Shown here in pieces: positions 49,801 through 60,064 of a stretch of DNA of 64,000 bases (position 1 is the first letter of the stretch; every line of letters starts with the position of its first letter). The notes below the pieces were generated by a model. It searched no databases, was not told the origin of the DNA, and saw only the letters and a program-made list of their open reading frames with translations. The DNA is from Vicinamibacterales bacterium (GTDB lineage: Bacteria > Acidobacteriota > Vicinamibacteria > Vicinamibacterales > JAMQPK01). The stretch lies in the NCBI GenBank assembly GCA_963811435.1, contig CAWERD010000004.1, positions 46,005 to 110,004 on the forward strand. Direction: 5' to 3'. The translations under genes and the position numbers were made by a program.

Positions 49801-50530
49801 TTGGTGATGACGTTGACCTGCGAGCCGCCCTTCAAGCCGTACTCGGCCGTGTACGTCGCTCATCTGCACGTTGACTTCGGCGATCGCGTCGATGACCGTC
49901 GTGCCGCTGAAGCCGCCGCCGCCGCCGCCGTCACCACCGTTGATGCCGTCGACATAGACCGTCTGTCCCTGGCCGCCCTGAATGACTCGGCACAGGCGAG
50001 TTGAAGCCGCCGCCGAAGGTTTCGTTGTCGTTGGCGAGCAGCTGCACGCCCGGCAGGATCTTCAGCAGCGACATCGGGTCGCGGCCGCGAATCGAGAGGT
50101 TTTCGACCTGGCCCGTATCGAGCACCGCCTGGTGCGTCGTCTGCGTCGTCGCCACGACTTCGCCGACCGCACTGACGGTGACCGCCTCGGCAAGCGAGCC
50201 CACCTCAAGTTGAAGAGGCTGAAGCGCCAGGCGGTTGTTGGCGAGGACGATGTTGTCGCGCCGTTCGATCGGCCTGAAGCCGGTCAACTCGGCACGCACC
50301 GTATATGGCCCCGGCTGCAACGCCGGAAACGCGAAGAGGCCGACCTCATTGGTGACGGAGCGGCGCACTTCTTGTGTCTGCTGATTGGTGACGATGACGT
50401 CGGCGCCTGGAACAACCTGATCCTGCGCGTCGACGACGCTCCCCGAGATGGAACCTGACGTGGTCTGTGCTGATGCGTTGACGGCAAACAACAACAGGAC
50501 CAGGACGATCATTGGCCTGAAGTACCTCAT
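46896..50530 (-). pseudogene. CarboxypepD_reg-type TonB-dependent receptor-like gene (~1210 aa) broken into at least 8 frame segments
   Basis: N-terminus 49931-50530 (MRYFRPMIVLVLLLFAVNASAQTTSGSISGSVVDAQDQVVPGADVIVTNQQTQ...); C-terminus ...MQMSLRYIF* ending at 46896; the body is split over ORFs 49558.., 49337.., 48511.., 48015.., 47201.., 47086.., 47013.. and 46889.. Confidence 0.7.
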
Positions 50531-50584
50531 ACCCTCCCCCTTCTTGGCGGTATGTGTGTGTTTCAGAAGAGAATTCTTGTGCGG

Positions 50585-50660
50585 GTAAAGTTACTCAGGT
50601 CGGTGAAGGACGTCAAGAAAAAACGGGCCACTTGACCGGTAAAGTTACTTTACTTTACCG
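50585..50660. promoter_or_regulatory. GGTAAAGTTACT direct repeat plus ACCGGTAAAG half-palindrome upstream of the TBDR-like gene
   Basis: gggtaaagttactcagg (50584-50600) and ttgaccggtaaagttactttactttaccgc (50632-50661); related to TTTACCGGTAAA at 4305 and 62310. Confidence 0.3.
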
Positions 50661-50666
50661 CTATAG

Positions 50667-50890
50667 CTAAGCGCTCGACATCCAAAGCCACGGCTGCCGG
50701 ACAACAAAATTCCGGATCACTTCGTCCACGGTCGGATCGGGGTCGAGCCTGCTCCACAGCGCCAGATAGTCCGGCCGCGCCAGCGCGTACCCCGCAAATA
50801 GCAGGCTTGGATGACGAACGGGCCAGTTTTCGTGGTACTGGACGTCAGGTTTGTGCGGCCAGCGTGATTTATCGGCGATATACGGAAACA
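50667..50890 (-). pseudogene. C-terminal fragment of an unidentified conserved gene, 5'-truncated by the palindromic element
   Basis: ...FMFPYIADKSRWPHKPDVQYHENWPVRHPSLLFAGYALARPDYLALWSRLDPDPTVDEVIRNFVVRQPWLWMSSA*; the annotated N-terminal 20 aa are a translation of the palindrome. Confidence 0.35.
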
Positions 50891-50919
50891 TGAATTCCAC
50901 GGCCTTGCGGTCGGTGAGG

Positions 50920-51032
50920 GCACGGAGGCAGATCTCAACACGGAGGCACGAAGACACTGAGAACTCTTTTGAAAAGAATTCTCCGTGCTCCGTGCCCCAG
51001 TGCCTCCGTGTTGAGATCCGCTCCGTGCCCTC
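50920..51032. repeat. ~113-bp nested palindromic element (CACGGAGG / CCTCCGTG arms; inner CTTTTGAAAAGAATTCTC core)
   Basis: gcacggaggcagatctcaacacggaggcacg (50920-50950) vs agtgcctccgtgttgagatccgctccgtgcc (50999-51029); inner gagaactctttt/aaaagaattctc. Confidence 0.6.
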
Positions 51033-51083
51033 CGATTTGACACCGACATCAAAATGATATCATAATGATGTCGAGGTATAGCG

Positions 51084-51959
51084 ATGGCAAATGAAAAGGA
51101 GCTCGGCGGCGTATCGGGGTGGCTTGCGGTTTTTCTCATTCTGCTCGTGGGCGTGGGCACTGTCTGGGTCATGGCCACTTCGGAAACGACGGTAGGCGGC
51201 CTCGACTGGATCAAGGCCTCGGGAGCCGTCATCCTCTTGCTCGACGGTATTTGTGTCGCCGGCTTCACGGTCGTCAACCCGAATTATGCGTCGGTCGTCA
51301 CGCTCTTCGGCGTCTACAAGGGCACCATTAAGCGCGCCGGGTTCTGGTGGGTCAATCCGCTGACGACCCGCCGCAAGCTGTCGTTGCGCGTCCGCAACTT
51401 CGAAAGCGCCAAGCTGAAGGTCAACGAGCGCGATGGCAATCCCATCGAAATCGCTGCGGTCGTCGTCTGGCGCATCGTCGAGACCTTCGAGGCGGTGTTC
51501 AACGTGGACGACTACGAGAACTTCGTGCACGTGCAGAGCGAAGCGGCCGTGCGCAATTTGGCGACCAGCTATCCCTATGACTCACACGAGGAGGGAAATG
51601 TGTCGCTGCGCCTCTCGGCCGGCGAGGTGGCCGACCGGATGCGGCACGAGATCCAGGATCGCCTCTCGAAAGCGGGCATCGAGGTCATCGAGGCGCGGAT
51701 CAGCCATCTCGCGTATGCCCCTGAAATCGCCGGCGCGATGCTGCGGCGTCAGCAGGCCACGGCCATCATCGCCGCCCGGCAGAAGATCGTCGAGGGCGCC
51801 GTCGGCATGGTCGAGATGGCGCTCGACGAAATCAGCCGCAAGAACGTCGTCACGCTCGACGAAGAGCGCAAAGCGGCGATGGTGAGCAACCTGCTCGTCG
51901 TGTTGTGCAGTGAAAGAGGCGTCGAGCCTGTCGTAAACACCGGCACGCTCTACCAGTAA
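51084..51959 (+). CDS. SPFH/band-7 family protein
   Basis: 291 aa; N-terminal TM; SPFH core …[31 protein letters not shown]…. Confidence 0.85.
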   Translation: MANEKELGGVSGWLAVFLILLVGVGTVWVMATSETTVGGLDWIKASGAVILLLDGICVAGFTVVNPNYASVVTLFGVYKGTIKRAGFWWVNPLTTRRKLSLRVRNFESAKLKVNERDGNPIEIAAVVVWRIVETFEAVFNVDDYENFVHVQSEAAVRNLATSYPYDSHEEGNVSLRLSAGEVADRMRHEIQDRLSKAGIEVIEARISHLAYAPEIAGAMLRRQQATAIIAARQKIVEGAVGMVEMALDEISRKNVVTLDEERKAAMVSNLLVVLCSERGVEPVVNTGTLYQ

Positions 51960-51965
51960 CCGTGA

Positions 51966-52180
51966 CACTGAAGCAGATCGCTGTCACAACCATGGTCGAG
52001 CGACCGAAGGTCGCGAGATACAGGTCGTGGGGGTGGGACGCTGCACTCGAACTGTCGCACTGAAGCAGATTGGTGCGGCAAGCACCGTCGAGCGACCGAA
52101 GGTCGCGAGATACAGGTCGTGGGGAGCCTGCCGCGCCGAAGCGCAACAGCGCGAAGGCGGGTGGGGCCCCCACGACAACT
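51966..52180. repeat. Two ~100-bp direct repeats with a 38-nt identical core GTCGAGCGACCGAAGGTCGCGAGATACAGGTCGTGGGG, plus a trailing inverted copy CCCCACGAC
   Basis: Copy 1 at 51966-52032, copy 2 at 52068-52126; internal palindromes GTGACA..TGTCAC and GCGACCgaaGGTCGC; immediately 5' of the Arc gene. Confidence 0.7.
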
Positions 52181-52185
52181 GAATA

Positions 52186-52389
52186 ATGGATAAAAAAGGA
52201 TTTCCCCTTCGGCTGGATCCAGACCTTTATGACGCCTTGCAACGCTGGGCCGCATCCGAGCTCCGCAGCGTCAACGGGCAGATCGAGTATCTGCTCCGGT
52301 GCGCGCTGCGGGACGCGGGACGGCTGCCAGGCGGCGATGGGTCACAGCAATCGGAGGCTGCCGTTGCGAAACGAAAACGCGCGAAATAG
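52186..52389 (+). CDS. Arc-family ribbon-helix-helix DNA-binding protein
   Basis: [41 protein letters not shown] matches the Arc pattern (F-x-LRLP-x-ELY-x-AL...E-x-RS-x-N-x-x-I-x-x-L). Confidence 0.7.
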   Translation: MDKKGFPLRLDPDLYDALQRWAASELRSVNGQIEYLLRCALRDAGRLPGGDGSQQSEAAVAKRKRAK

Positions 52390-53125
52390 CTCGACGTTGC
52401 CCGCGCCGCTGTTGCGCCCGACACCGCGCGACGTGCGGTTGAACGCCTCGGGCCTCGCCGTGGCGATTCTGTGTGTGGCCTTGTGCGCTGGCGGGTTGTG
52501 GGCAGGGATCGAAAACTTCAGGCTCGTCAAACGATCGGAACGCCATGTGGCCGCGTTTTCGACGGAAGCGGTCACCACGGAGGCGCGTGTGATCCGCGCC
52601 CGGCACCGCGACAACAACCGGCGCACGACAATCGACTACGAGTATGTGGTTGGCGATGTGGCTTATCACGGCTCTGCGACCGTGCGCGGACCCGAGCAGG
52701 GTCGCTACGTCGACGGAGCGAGCACGACAGTGACCTATCTTGCGTCGGAACCCGGCGCCAGCTGGATACATGGACGTGCGCCGTCTCGTCGCCCTTTGTG
52801 GCCTGCGTTCGCGATTCCCGCAGGGGCGATCACCGTCGTGGCAATCCTGCTGCAGGTTATCCGACTGCAGAGAGACCTTCTGAGCTACGGCCGAAGTGCA
52901 ACCGCCGTCGTCACGAAGGTGGTGAAGAAACGATCCGACAAGGGATCGTATTGGCGAGTGGAATATGAGTGGACGCTGATGACCGGCGCCAGGCGCAAGG
53001 GGCGCTACAACCACGGTTCGAAGCATCCGCCTGAGGTCGGCTCGATGATACCGATCGTTTACGACCGCGATCGCCCCTCGCGAAATCGCAGGTATCCGCT
53101 GGCGCTCGTCGCCGTCCGGTCCTGA
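52385..53125 (+). CDS. DUF3592-like membrane protein (two repeats); start codon uncertain
   Basis: TM + beta-rich repeat pattern repeated twice (…[27 protein letters not shown]… / …[27 protein letters not shown]…). Confidence 0.55.
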   Translation, partial: NSSTLPAPLLRPTPRDVRLNASGLAVAILCVALCAGGLWAGIENFRLVKRSERHVAAFSTEAVTTEARVIRARHRDNNRRTTIDYEYVVGDVAYHGSATVRGPEQGRYVDGASTTVTYLASEPGASWIHGRAPSRRPLWPAFAIPAGAITVVAILLQVIRLQRDLLSYGRSATAVVTKVVKKRSDKGSYWRVEYEWTLMTGARRKGRYNHGSKHPPEVGSMIPIVYDRDRPSRNRRYPLALVAVRS

Positions 53126-53127
53126 CG

Positions 53128-54246
53128 CTACTCGACGATCACCTTACCCTGCTCCATTCGCACGCCGCGGACGCCCCGGAAATTTCCCGGGATCTCTCGG
53201 AGGAAGATGGTGAATGTCGTCGAGACCCTCTCGCGTGCGCCGATGAACTTGTACGTGGGTACCCCGAGCATTTGCGCGCGCTCGACGCTCTTTCGCAGTC
53301 CTTCGTCGAACGGCGACGTGCCGAACTCGATGCCGCGCGCCGTTCCGGCCGGTGAATCCGCCCGCGGCTGATTCTGCCAGTCGATAATCCACGGATGATC
53401 GTCGGCCGGAAACACATACCCGACCAGCAGCGGATAGTCTTCGTTGTAAATCGTGAACCAGCTCTGGGGCTTCGAGCGATCGGTCAGCACAGGCGTATAG
53501 ATCTGACCGCCTGGAATCGCGTGGAAATCGCGCAGCGACAGCGCGACACCGTCGTTCAACGGTGGCGCGTTTGGCCATTGAAAGAGATGTGCTCCCGCCC
53601 ACTTGCCGGCTGCCGTCCGGTTCTGATCGGTCATCCCGCGCGTGCCCGACATGTCGAGCACGTTCCTGCCGGGCGTCACAAACGGCGCGCCGAATGTGGC
53701 GTGCTGATTGCGGTTGTAAGGCCGGTCGTAAGGCGCGAGATTCTCGATCCACTCTTCCACGTCGACGGTGGCCTCGCCCGCTTTGAGCGTCACCGCGCGT
53801 TCGATCTTGTATTGCGTCTTCGGCAGGTCGGCACCGTAAAAGAACGTGATGCCCTTTCCGTCGATCTGCGGCGCGCGTGTCTGCTGCCAATCCACCGATC
53901 CGGCCTCGCCATGTCCGCGCAGACCCTGCGCGCGCTCCTCGGCTGAAGCCGGTCCGAAGTATGGGAAGCAGACGAGATGGCCCATGTAGCCCTCGCCTGC
54001 CTGCCCCGAACCTGCTTGAGGGGCCGGAATGAACATCGGATTGATCGATAGACGCGTATTCGTCGAGATGAGCCGCACTTCGGCGATGTGGCCGCCGCCC
54101 CGCAACAGCGCGACCCGGATCTTGCCGTTCTCGAGCACCCAGCCGGGGCGTCCGTAGATTTGCGCCTCTTCGCGAACAGTCGGCGTTTGAGCAAAGACCA
54201 CGGTCGCGCTCAACAGGGCCGGGATCAGGCACTCAAAGATTCTCAT
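53128..54246 (-). CDS. secreted hypothetical protein
   Basis: 372 aa; signal peptide MRIFECLIPALLSATVVFAQ; no confident family. Confidence 0.5.
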   Translation of the reverse strand: MRIFECLIPALLSATVVFAQTPTVREEAQIYGRPGWVLENGKIRVALLRGGGHIAEVRLISTNTRLSINPMFIPAPQAGSGQAGEGYMGHLVCFPYFGPASAEERAQGLRGHGEAGSVDWQQTRAPQIDGKGITFFYGADLPKTQYKIERAVTLKAGEATVDVEEWIENLAPYDRPYNRNQHATFGAPFVTPGRNVLDMSGTRGMTDQNRTAAGKWAGAHLFQWPNAPPLNDGVALSLRDFHAIPGGQIYTPVLTDRSKPQSWFTIYNEDYPLLVGYVFPADDHPWIIDWQNQPRADSPAGTARGIEFGTSPFDEGLRKSVERAQMLGVPTYKFIGARERVSTTFTIFLREIPGNFRGVRGVRMEQGKVIVE

Positions 54247-55102
54247 TTTTCAGGCTTTCGAGGAGCGGGCCCAGGACCACAGGCACCACAATCGCGACAA
54301 AAGCGATGATGGTGACGATCCAGTACACGCACAGGACAAGCGCAATTCGCACGAACGAACGACGCACCTTTCCGTAGACGCCGCGAAACGCAAGAATCAC
54401 GTACGTCATCGTGTACAGAATTGTCGCGGCCCACACGAGGGTGCCAAGCGGCCTTGAAGCGAGCGTTGCCAGCTTGGCAAGAGCCGCCGCGGTGAAGAAC
54501 GCCGCGTGAACGTGGAGAGCAAAAATCAAATGGTGAAGGTAGTTGCGATCCACACGACGATAGGCCACCGCCACGAACCATGCGAATAACGGAAGCAGCA
54601 CGAACATGACGCGAGGTAGCCACGCAATCAATGTATGATTCACCGCCTCATTGAGTGCGTTTGCGTTCTCGAATCCGAGGCGTTTTGCCCCTGCGTCTGC
54701 GTCTTCGTCGTCGCTACCCGTCACACGCACCGTAGGACTGGTGCCCCAGGAGAAACTCAAGCCCCCCTGCTTCGAGGACTCGAACGCGGTCCGAAGCGGC
54801 ACGAAAGCGCTGATCGCGAAAAAGATGACGCTGGCTATCAGGTAGAGACGGATCGGCGAAATCCATCGAGTGCGATGGCCCACCAGGTACTCGCGCGTCA
54901 GAAATCCCGGCGACAGCAGCAGACCGCGGAACGACTGAAAGATCCGGCCGTCCACGTGCAGCATCTCATGTGTGAAGTCGTGAAAGAAATCGTGGAACGT
55001 GACGTTGAGTGGTAGCGCCTTTTGACCGCACGCCGAGCAGAACCGCCCGGTCAGCCTGATGCCGCAGTTGTGACAGAACTCGGAATCACTGTGCACGTGC
55101 AA
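54233..55102 (-). CDS. DUF3667-like membrane protein with N-terminal zinc ribbon
   Basis: CHNCGIRLTGRFCSACGQKA followed by 5-6 TM segments. Confidence 0.6.
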   Translation of the reverse strand: MHVHSDSEFCHNCGIRLTGRFCSACGQKALPLNVTFHDFFHDFTHEMLHVDGRIFQSFRGLLLSPGFLTREYLVGHRTRWISPIRLYLIASVIFFAISAFVPLRTAFESSKQGGLSFSWGTSPTVRVTGSDDEDADAGAKRLGFENANALNEAVNHTLIAWLPRVMFVLLPLFAWFVAVAYRRVDRNYLHHLIFALHVHAAFFTAAALAKLATLASRPLGTLVWAATILYTMTYVILAFRGVYGKVRRSFVRIALVLCVYWIVTIIAFVAIVVPVVLGPLLESLKNENL

Positions 55103-56497
55103 GATCCCGCACGACCTCGTAATGGAAGCGGACGAACTTGTGCAGCTCGCTTTCGAGAATCCGTTCCTGATCGCTGTGGGCGCCGAAGCCTTTCGGTCCG
55201 TCTTCTTCGTCGACTGCCGGACCGACGCCGTAGCACTGAATCCCCTTCTCGCGCAGGTACGCCATGTCGGTGGCGCCCGTGCTCATCGTCGGCAGCACCG
55301 TCGTGTCGTAGAACCGCGCGTAGGCCGATTCCAGCACCTTGAACACTTCGGAATCGAGCCGCGCGCTCGGCGTGCCCGGCCGCACATCGCGCGGGATCCA
55401 TTCGACCCGAACGGCCGAATCGTCGATGACTTTCCGAAGCTCGCTGAGGAACGCCTCGGGATCCTGTCCCGACATCAGGCGCACGTCGAGCGTCGCCTTC
55501 GCCTCGGACGGAATGACGTTGACGCGATAGCCGCCCTGGATGATGGTCGGCGAAATGGAGCTTCGCACCATCGACGCGAAGCGCGGATCGCTCTTCGCGA
55601 AATAGTCCACCGCATCCTGCGCCGCCTTCGGATCGTTGCCGACGACCGCACGATAGCGCGCCGCGTCGGCGGGCGGCGAAATCGCCGCCAGCCGCGTGAA
55701 GTAGGTGCGCGTCGTGTCGTTCAGCTGAATCGGCGGCCTCCACGTCGCAGCCGCCGTGATCGCCTGCGAGAGCTTGAGCGACCGAGTTGGTCTGGAGCGG
55801 AACAGAGCCGTGTCCGGCGACGCCGCGTCGCGGTCAGTTGAACCGCGCGCGGAATCTTTTCCGCCGTCTGCACCGACGCGTAGCGCACGCGGCCGCCGCC
55901 ACGTGGCACGCTGCCACCCTCGGCCAGGCAATACTCCGCCTCGATCTCGGAGAAGTGCTGCTGGACCATGAACTGAATGCCGACACGCGTGGTGCCTTCT
56001 TCACCGGCTTCCGCAAGAAAGATCACGTCACGCGCAAGCGGCACGTTCGACCGCTTCAGCAACAGCATCGTCATGAGCGCCGCGGCGACGTTGTCTTTGT
56101 CGTCTACCGTGCCGCGACCGTAGATGTAGCCGCCGTCGCGCGTGGCGCTGAACGGCGGGAACGTCCACTTCGCCGGATCGACATTCACGGTATCGGTATG
56201 CCCCATGATCAGCAGCGGACGTTTCGATCCGTTGCCTTTCAGCCGCGCGACGATGTTCAGGCGGTTGGGCTCGAGCTCGAACACTTTGGTCGCGATGCCC
56301 TCGCGCTCGAGAACCTGCTTGACGTATTCAGCTGCAGGCCGTTCGTTTCCCGGCGGATCGGTCGTCTCGGCTCTGATTAAGCTCTGAAAATGCGTGAGCG
56401 TCTCGGCCTCGATAGCCGGCCAATCCGTCGCAGGCGCCTGCGCGAGAGCGGTCGCCGCCGCTGCAACAACAAGACAGGCAATCAATCGCTTTGTCAC
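55086..56497 (-). CDS. M20 family metallopeptidase (ArgE/DapE/CPG2-like), GTG start, 1-2 frame changes
   Basis: LLIMGHTDTVNVD...GRGTVDDKDNVAA...AEAGEEG...; C-terminal half is in frame 55086-55931. Confidence 0.75.
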
Positions 56498-56550
56498 GTT
56501 GACTTCCTACTTTTTACGTTCTACTTTTTACTTTCTTCCCGTGTGCTTAC
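56498..56550. repeat. Pyrimidine-rich simple-repeat island (CTACTTTTTACGTTCTACTTTTTACTTTC) in the M20 5' leader
   Basis: Same TACTTTTTAC / CTACTTT motif family as 3001-3052 and 24257-24332; contains the RBS AGGAAG on the minus strand. Confidence 0.55.
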
Positions 56551-58089
56551 TTACCACAGGCGAAATTCTCCGCCTCCGCCATGCTGCCCGTGCCTTTGTA
56601 TCGCGCAATCTGCGGATACGGGCACAGCGGACGCGTGCGGTCGACCTTGCCGCCGGTCGCGTGCGACGCAATGATCTGCCCGGGTGCTGTGCCCTTCGAC
56701 ACCCACTCCTCCATCGCCTCGACTTTGTTGAACGTGTCGGTTCCGACACCACCCTGGCAATGATCCATGCCGGGAACCATGTAGAGCTGAATCGATCGGC
56801 CGGCGACGTCGCGTCCCGCCGTCTGCAGCACGCGCTCGAAGAAGGTGACGCTGCTCATGGCCGGGACCTGCCGGTCGTTCCAGCCGTGATACATCAGGAG
56901 CTTGCCGCCACGTTTGAAGAACGGACGCAGGTCCGGCGTCACCGTGTTCAACACTTTCGCTTCGTTCTCCATCAGCTCGAAATCAGTCGCCATGTCGAAG
57001 CGATCGGGCGACCATGCCGGATCCTTGTGAACCAGCCTGTATGCATCGACCGCGTTTGCGAATGGCTGCGGACCCGCCAGTGTTCCCCATGCCAGCTCCG
57101 ACCCGGGCTGCAACAGCGGCGGATACAGTGTCCGTTCCGTCTTCGGGAACTTCACGTCCGAGTAACAGGAGCTTCGCCGTTTCCACCTGCGCGGACGTCA
57201 GGCACGATGGCCCGTCGGCACCTTTGCACTCCATGGCCTTCGGATCGAATTTGCATGCACGCGGATTTTCAATCACGCCGTCCTTTGCGCCATCGAGCGT
57301 GTCGCACGCGTTGAGAGCCGCCTCGTGAATCGCCGGATACTTCTCGGGAGGAATGTAGCTCTCGGGGCTTCGATGCACGAGCCGGTTTATCAGCAGCCGC
57401 ACGCTCATCAGCCGCGCGCGCGGATCGGGCGGCGCACCGGCCACGATCGCATCGAAGTCAGCAGGGTACTTGGAGGCAATGGTGAGCCCCTGATTACCGC
57501 CGGTCGAGCAACCGTTCCACAGAGCCACTTTCGGCGCGCTGTCGTAAGTCGCATTGACGACGGCTTTCGCACTCACCGCCATTTCGTGCAGCGAGCGATG
57601 CGCGTAATCGATCAGCTTCTCGGGATGGCCAATGCCAAACGTGCTGCCGGCCGTTGAATGCCCGGTGTCGGTCGCGGTCGCGGCGTAGCCGCCGCTGACC
57701 GCCGCGGCAAGCGCCGTATAAGAGATGGTCCCCGCCCATCCGCCGTTGCCCACCGCTTGAAGCTTGCCGTTCCATCCTGCCTTCGGCAGCCAGATTTCGA
57801 CCTTGATGTCCGAGTCGCTCGTCGGTGTCAGCGTCGCCGTGACACGGCAGAACGCCGGGGTCGCTGAGTAGGCGCGCTGCGCCGCAGCGTTGACTGTGCC
57901 GGGGGCCGGTGGCTTGAAGGCGCCCTGCGCAACTTCGGCGGCCGACGTCACCTTACCGTTGGATAGCCGAAGAGAGGCCAGGCTCTCGCAGGTTGCCGGC
58001 GCGGCACGCATCGGTGCAGGTGCCGGCGCCAGGATCGCGACGAACAGGGCCACACAGAAAGCAAAAGGGCGGCAATGGTTGGTTGTCAT
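56547..58089 (-). CDS. tannase/feruloyl esterase family protein (one frame change ~57150)
   Basis: ...CRVTATLTPTSDSDIKVEIWLPKAGWNGKLQAVGNGGWAG...; C-terminal half in frame 56547-57155 (...MVPGMDHCQGG...). Confidence 0.8.
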
Positions 58090-58102
58090 TGCCGCCCTTT
58101 TT
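58063..58102. terminator. 15-bp-stem hairpin with T-run that contains the tannase start codon
   Basis: AAAAGGGCGGCAATGG ttggttg TCATTGCCGCCCTTTT TTT; ATG (58087-58089) is in the 3' arm. Confidence 0.5.
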
Positions 58103-58110
58103 ACCACGGT

Positions 58111-58177
58111 CAAGGGGTCAGACCCCTTTTTTCGACAATTTCGGAGACCCCCCGAAAAAAGGGGTCTGACCCCTTTC
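58111..58177. repeat. REP-like palindromic element, third copy (arms AAGGGGTCAGACCCCTTTT / AAAAGGGGTCTGACCCCTT, 34-nt loop)
   Basis: Seen directly; immediately 3' of the ThuA-fusion gene stop. Confidence 0.7.
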
Positions 58178-60019
58178 TACTTCATCGGGTTCGGGGTGGC
58201 ATTGGCGTCCACGTCGCCCAGGATGTACTGCATCCCGACCAGGAAATGCCCGACGATTTCCGGCCGCATGAACGTTTCCGTCATGTGTCCCATCGAGTTG
58301 TAGAAGACCCGGCCCTTCCCGTACTCACGAATCCAGGCCACCGGATACACCTTGTCCGGCCGGCGATATCCCGGCCACGGCTTGTCGGTCGAATTGGGCA
58401 CCTTCTCGTCGAGGTCGACGATCAGCAGCACGCGGACTTTGTCCCACCGCAGCCGGCCGTTGCCCTGATCCTCGAAGCGGTAGTACTCCTCGCGAAACGG
58501 CAGAGTCCTCGTAGTTGAACGGCCGCACGATCGGATTGTCCTTGTCGTACACCTTGAGGACGCCGTTCTCGATGCGATGCGGTGCGCTCTGGGCGCCGAT
58601 CATCTCGGCGAACTCGTCCCAGTTGCGCGACGCCCACGGCGTGCCGTGAATGCCGCCGATACCACCGCCTTCGTTGACATACCGCACGAGGTCGGCCCGC
58701 ATGGCCGGATCCGGCAGGAACTCGCCGACGATGCTGTTCAGGAAGATGGCGTCGTATTCCTTCACCTTCGGATAGCGCAGGTTGCTCAGATCGTTGCTGA
58801 ACACCGTCGTCCAGGCGCCCGTCTTCTCGCCCATGCGCTGAATCATGACGTTGGTGTGCGGAATCGTGTTGTGGGACATGCCTTCGAGGCTCTCGATGAC
58901 AAGCAGCTTGCGCGGTTTCTTCGGCGCCGCGAACGGCTTGCTGGGAATCGCGGCGTCGATCTTCGCGCGCGTCTCAACGGCGCGGCGATCGATCTCGGCC
59001 GGCGCCAGCGTCTCGCCGCGCGACGGCGTCACGAGATCGAAGCGAATCGGACGCGTCTTTGCGAACTCGTTGAAGTTGACGGCATAGGACGGCTGCACAA
59101 CATCCTCGAACGCCGACACAGCCGCGAAAATGTCGCCAGGCGCCTTGGCGACGCCCGTCGTATCGATCGTCATCGCGATGGGCACTCTGGTGGTCACCAC
59201 CGGACTGCCGTCGCCCCCCAGGCGAACGGAAATCTGGCGGTCGTCCTGCCGCTCGAGCTCAGCGAAGAAATCGCGGAGATTGGCCACGCCTTTGCCCAGT
59301 GGTACGTTCTGCGCGCTGGCGCCGCGGGCCGAGCGGTCGCGAAGGTTCACGTAGATCAGGCGATCCTTCACACGCGCGACTTCCGTGCGGACATTCGTGC
59401 CGTCCTGCGCCCACGTGCCGGTGTCGATGCCGATACCGAGACGGCGGCTGCGGCCTTCCATCGCTTTCAGGGTGGCGTCGGAACTGTTGAGCACGGCGAC
59501 ATTGACGCGGAATTCCTCTGCGAGCGCATCGAGTCCGTCGAGCGCGGTATTGCCCGGCACGACGAGGGTTGTCGCGCCCAGTTCACGAGCGAAATTGAAC
59601 ACGCGCCTGCGCGTGGCGCTGTCGGCCGGCAGGGTGTCGACGCGATACGCGCCGACCCTGACGCTTGGCCCCATGCTCGTCTTAATCGCGGCGATTTCTG
59701 CAGCCGTCAGGTTGTAGTCGAGGTTCTTCTGAACCTGCGGGCTGACACGCTGGACGCTCGAGGCCTCGACAAACGGCACGATGGCGGCGTCGGCTCTCAC
59801 CACCGCTTCGTGAAACGTGAGGCCCATGCCGGGAATGGCGAGGTCCCAGTTGGTGAGCCGATCGTTGGCCACCAGCGTGCGCGTGCGCCAGGTGACGCGC
59901 TCGAGCGCGTCTGAGGCGCGCGGAAATTCTGGCGCCTGGTTCTGCTGCGCGACCAGAGTTGCCATGCAGGCGGCAAACAGTGCGGCGATCGTGATTCGTG
60001 TTCTCATAAGTGTCCTCAT
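58177..60019 (-). CDS. TIM-barrel (xylose-isomerase-like sugar-phosphate isomerase/epimerase) + ThuA-domain fusion protein, secreted (one frame change ~58440)
   Basis: 564-aa ORF 58325-60019 plus the ThuA C-terminus in frame 58177-58431 (...GKGRVFYNSMGHMTETF...); paralog at 27554-29399. Confidence 0.6.
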
Positions 60020-60064
60020 TCCAACGGCGGAACTAAAGTTCCGCCCTACCGACTCTCCGGCTCG

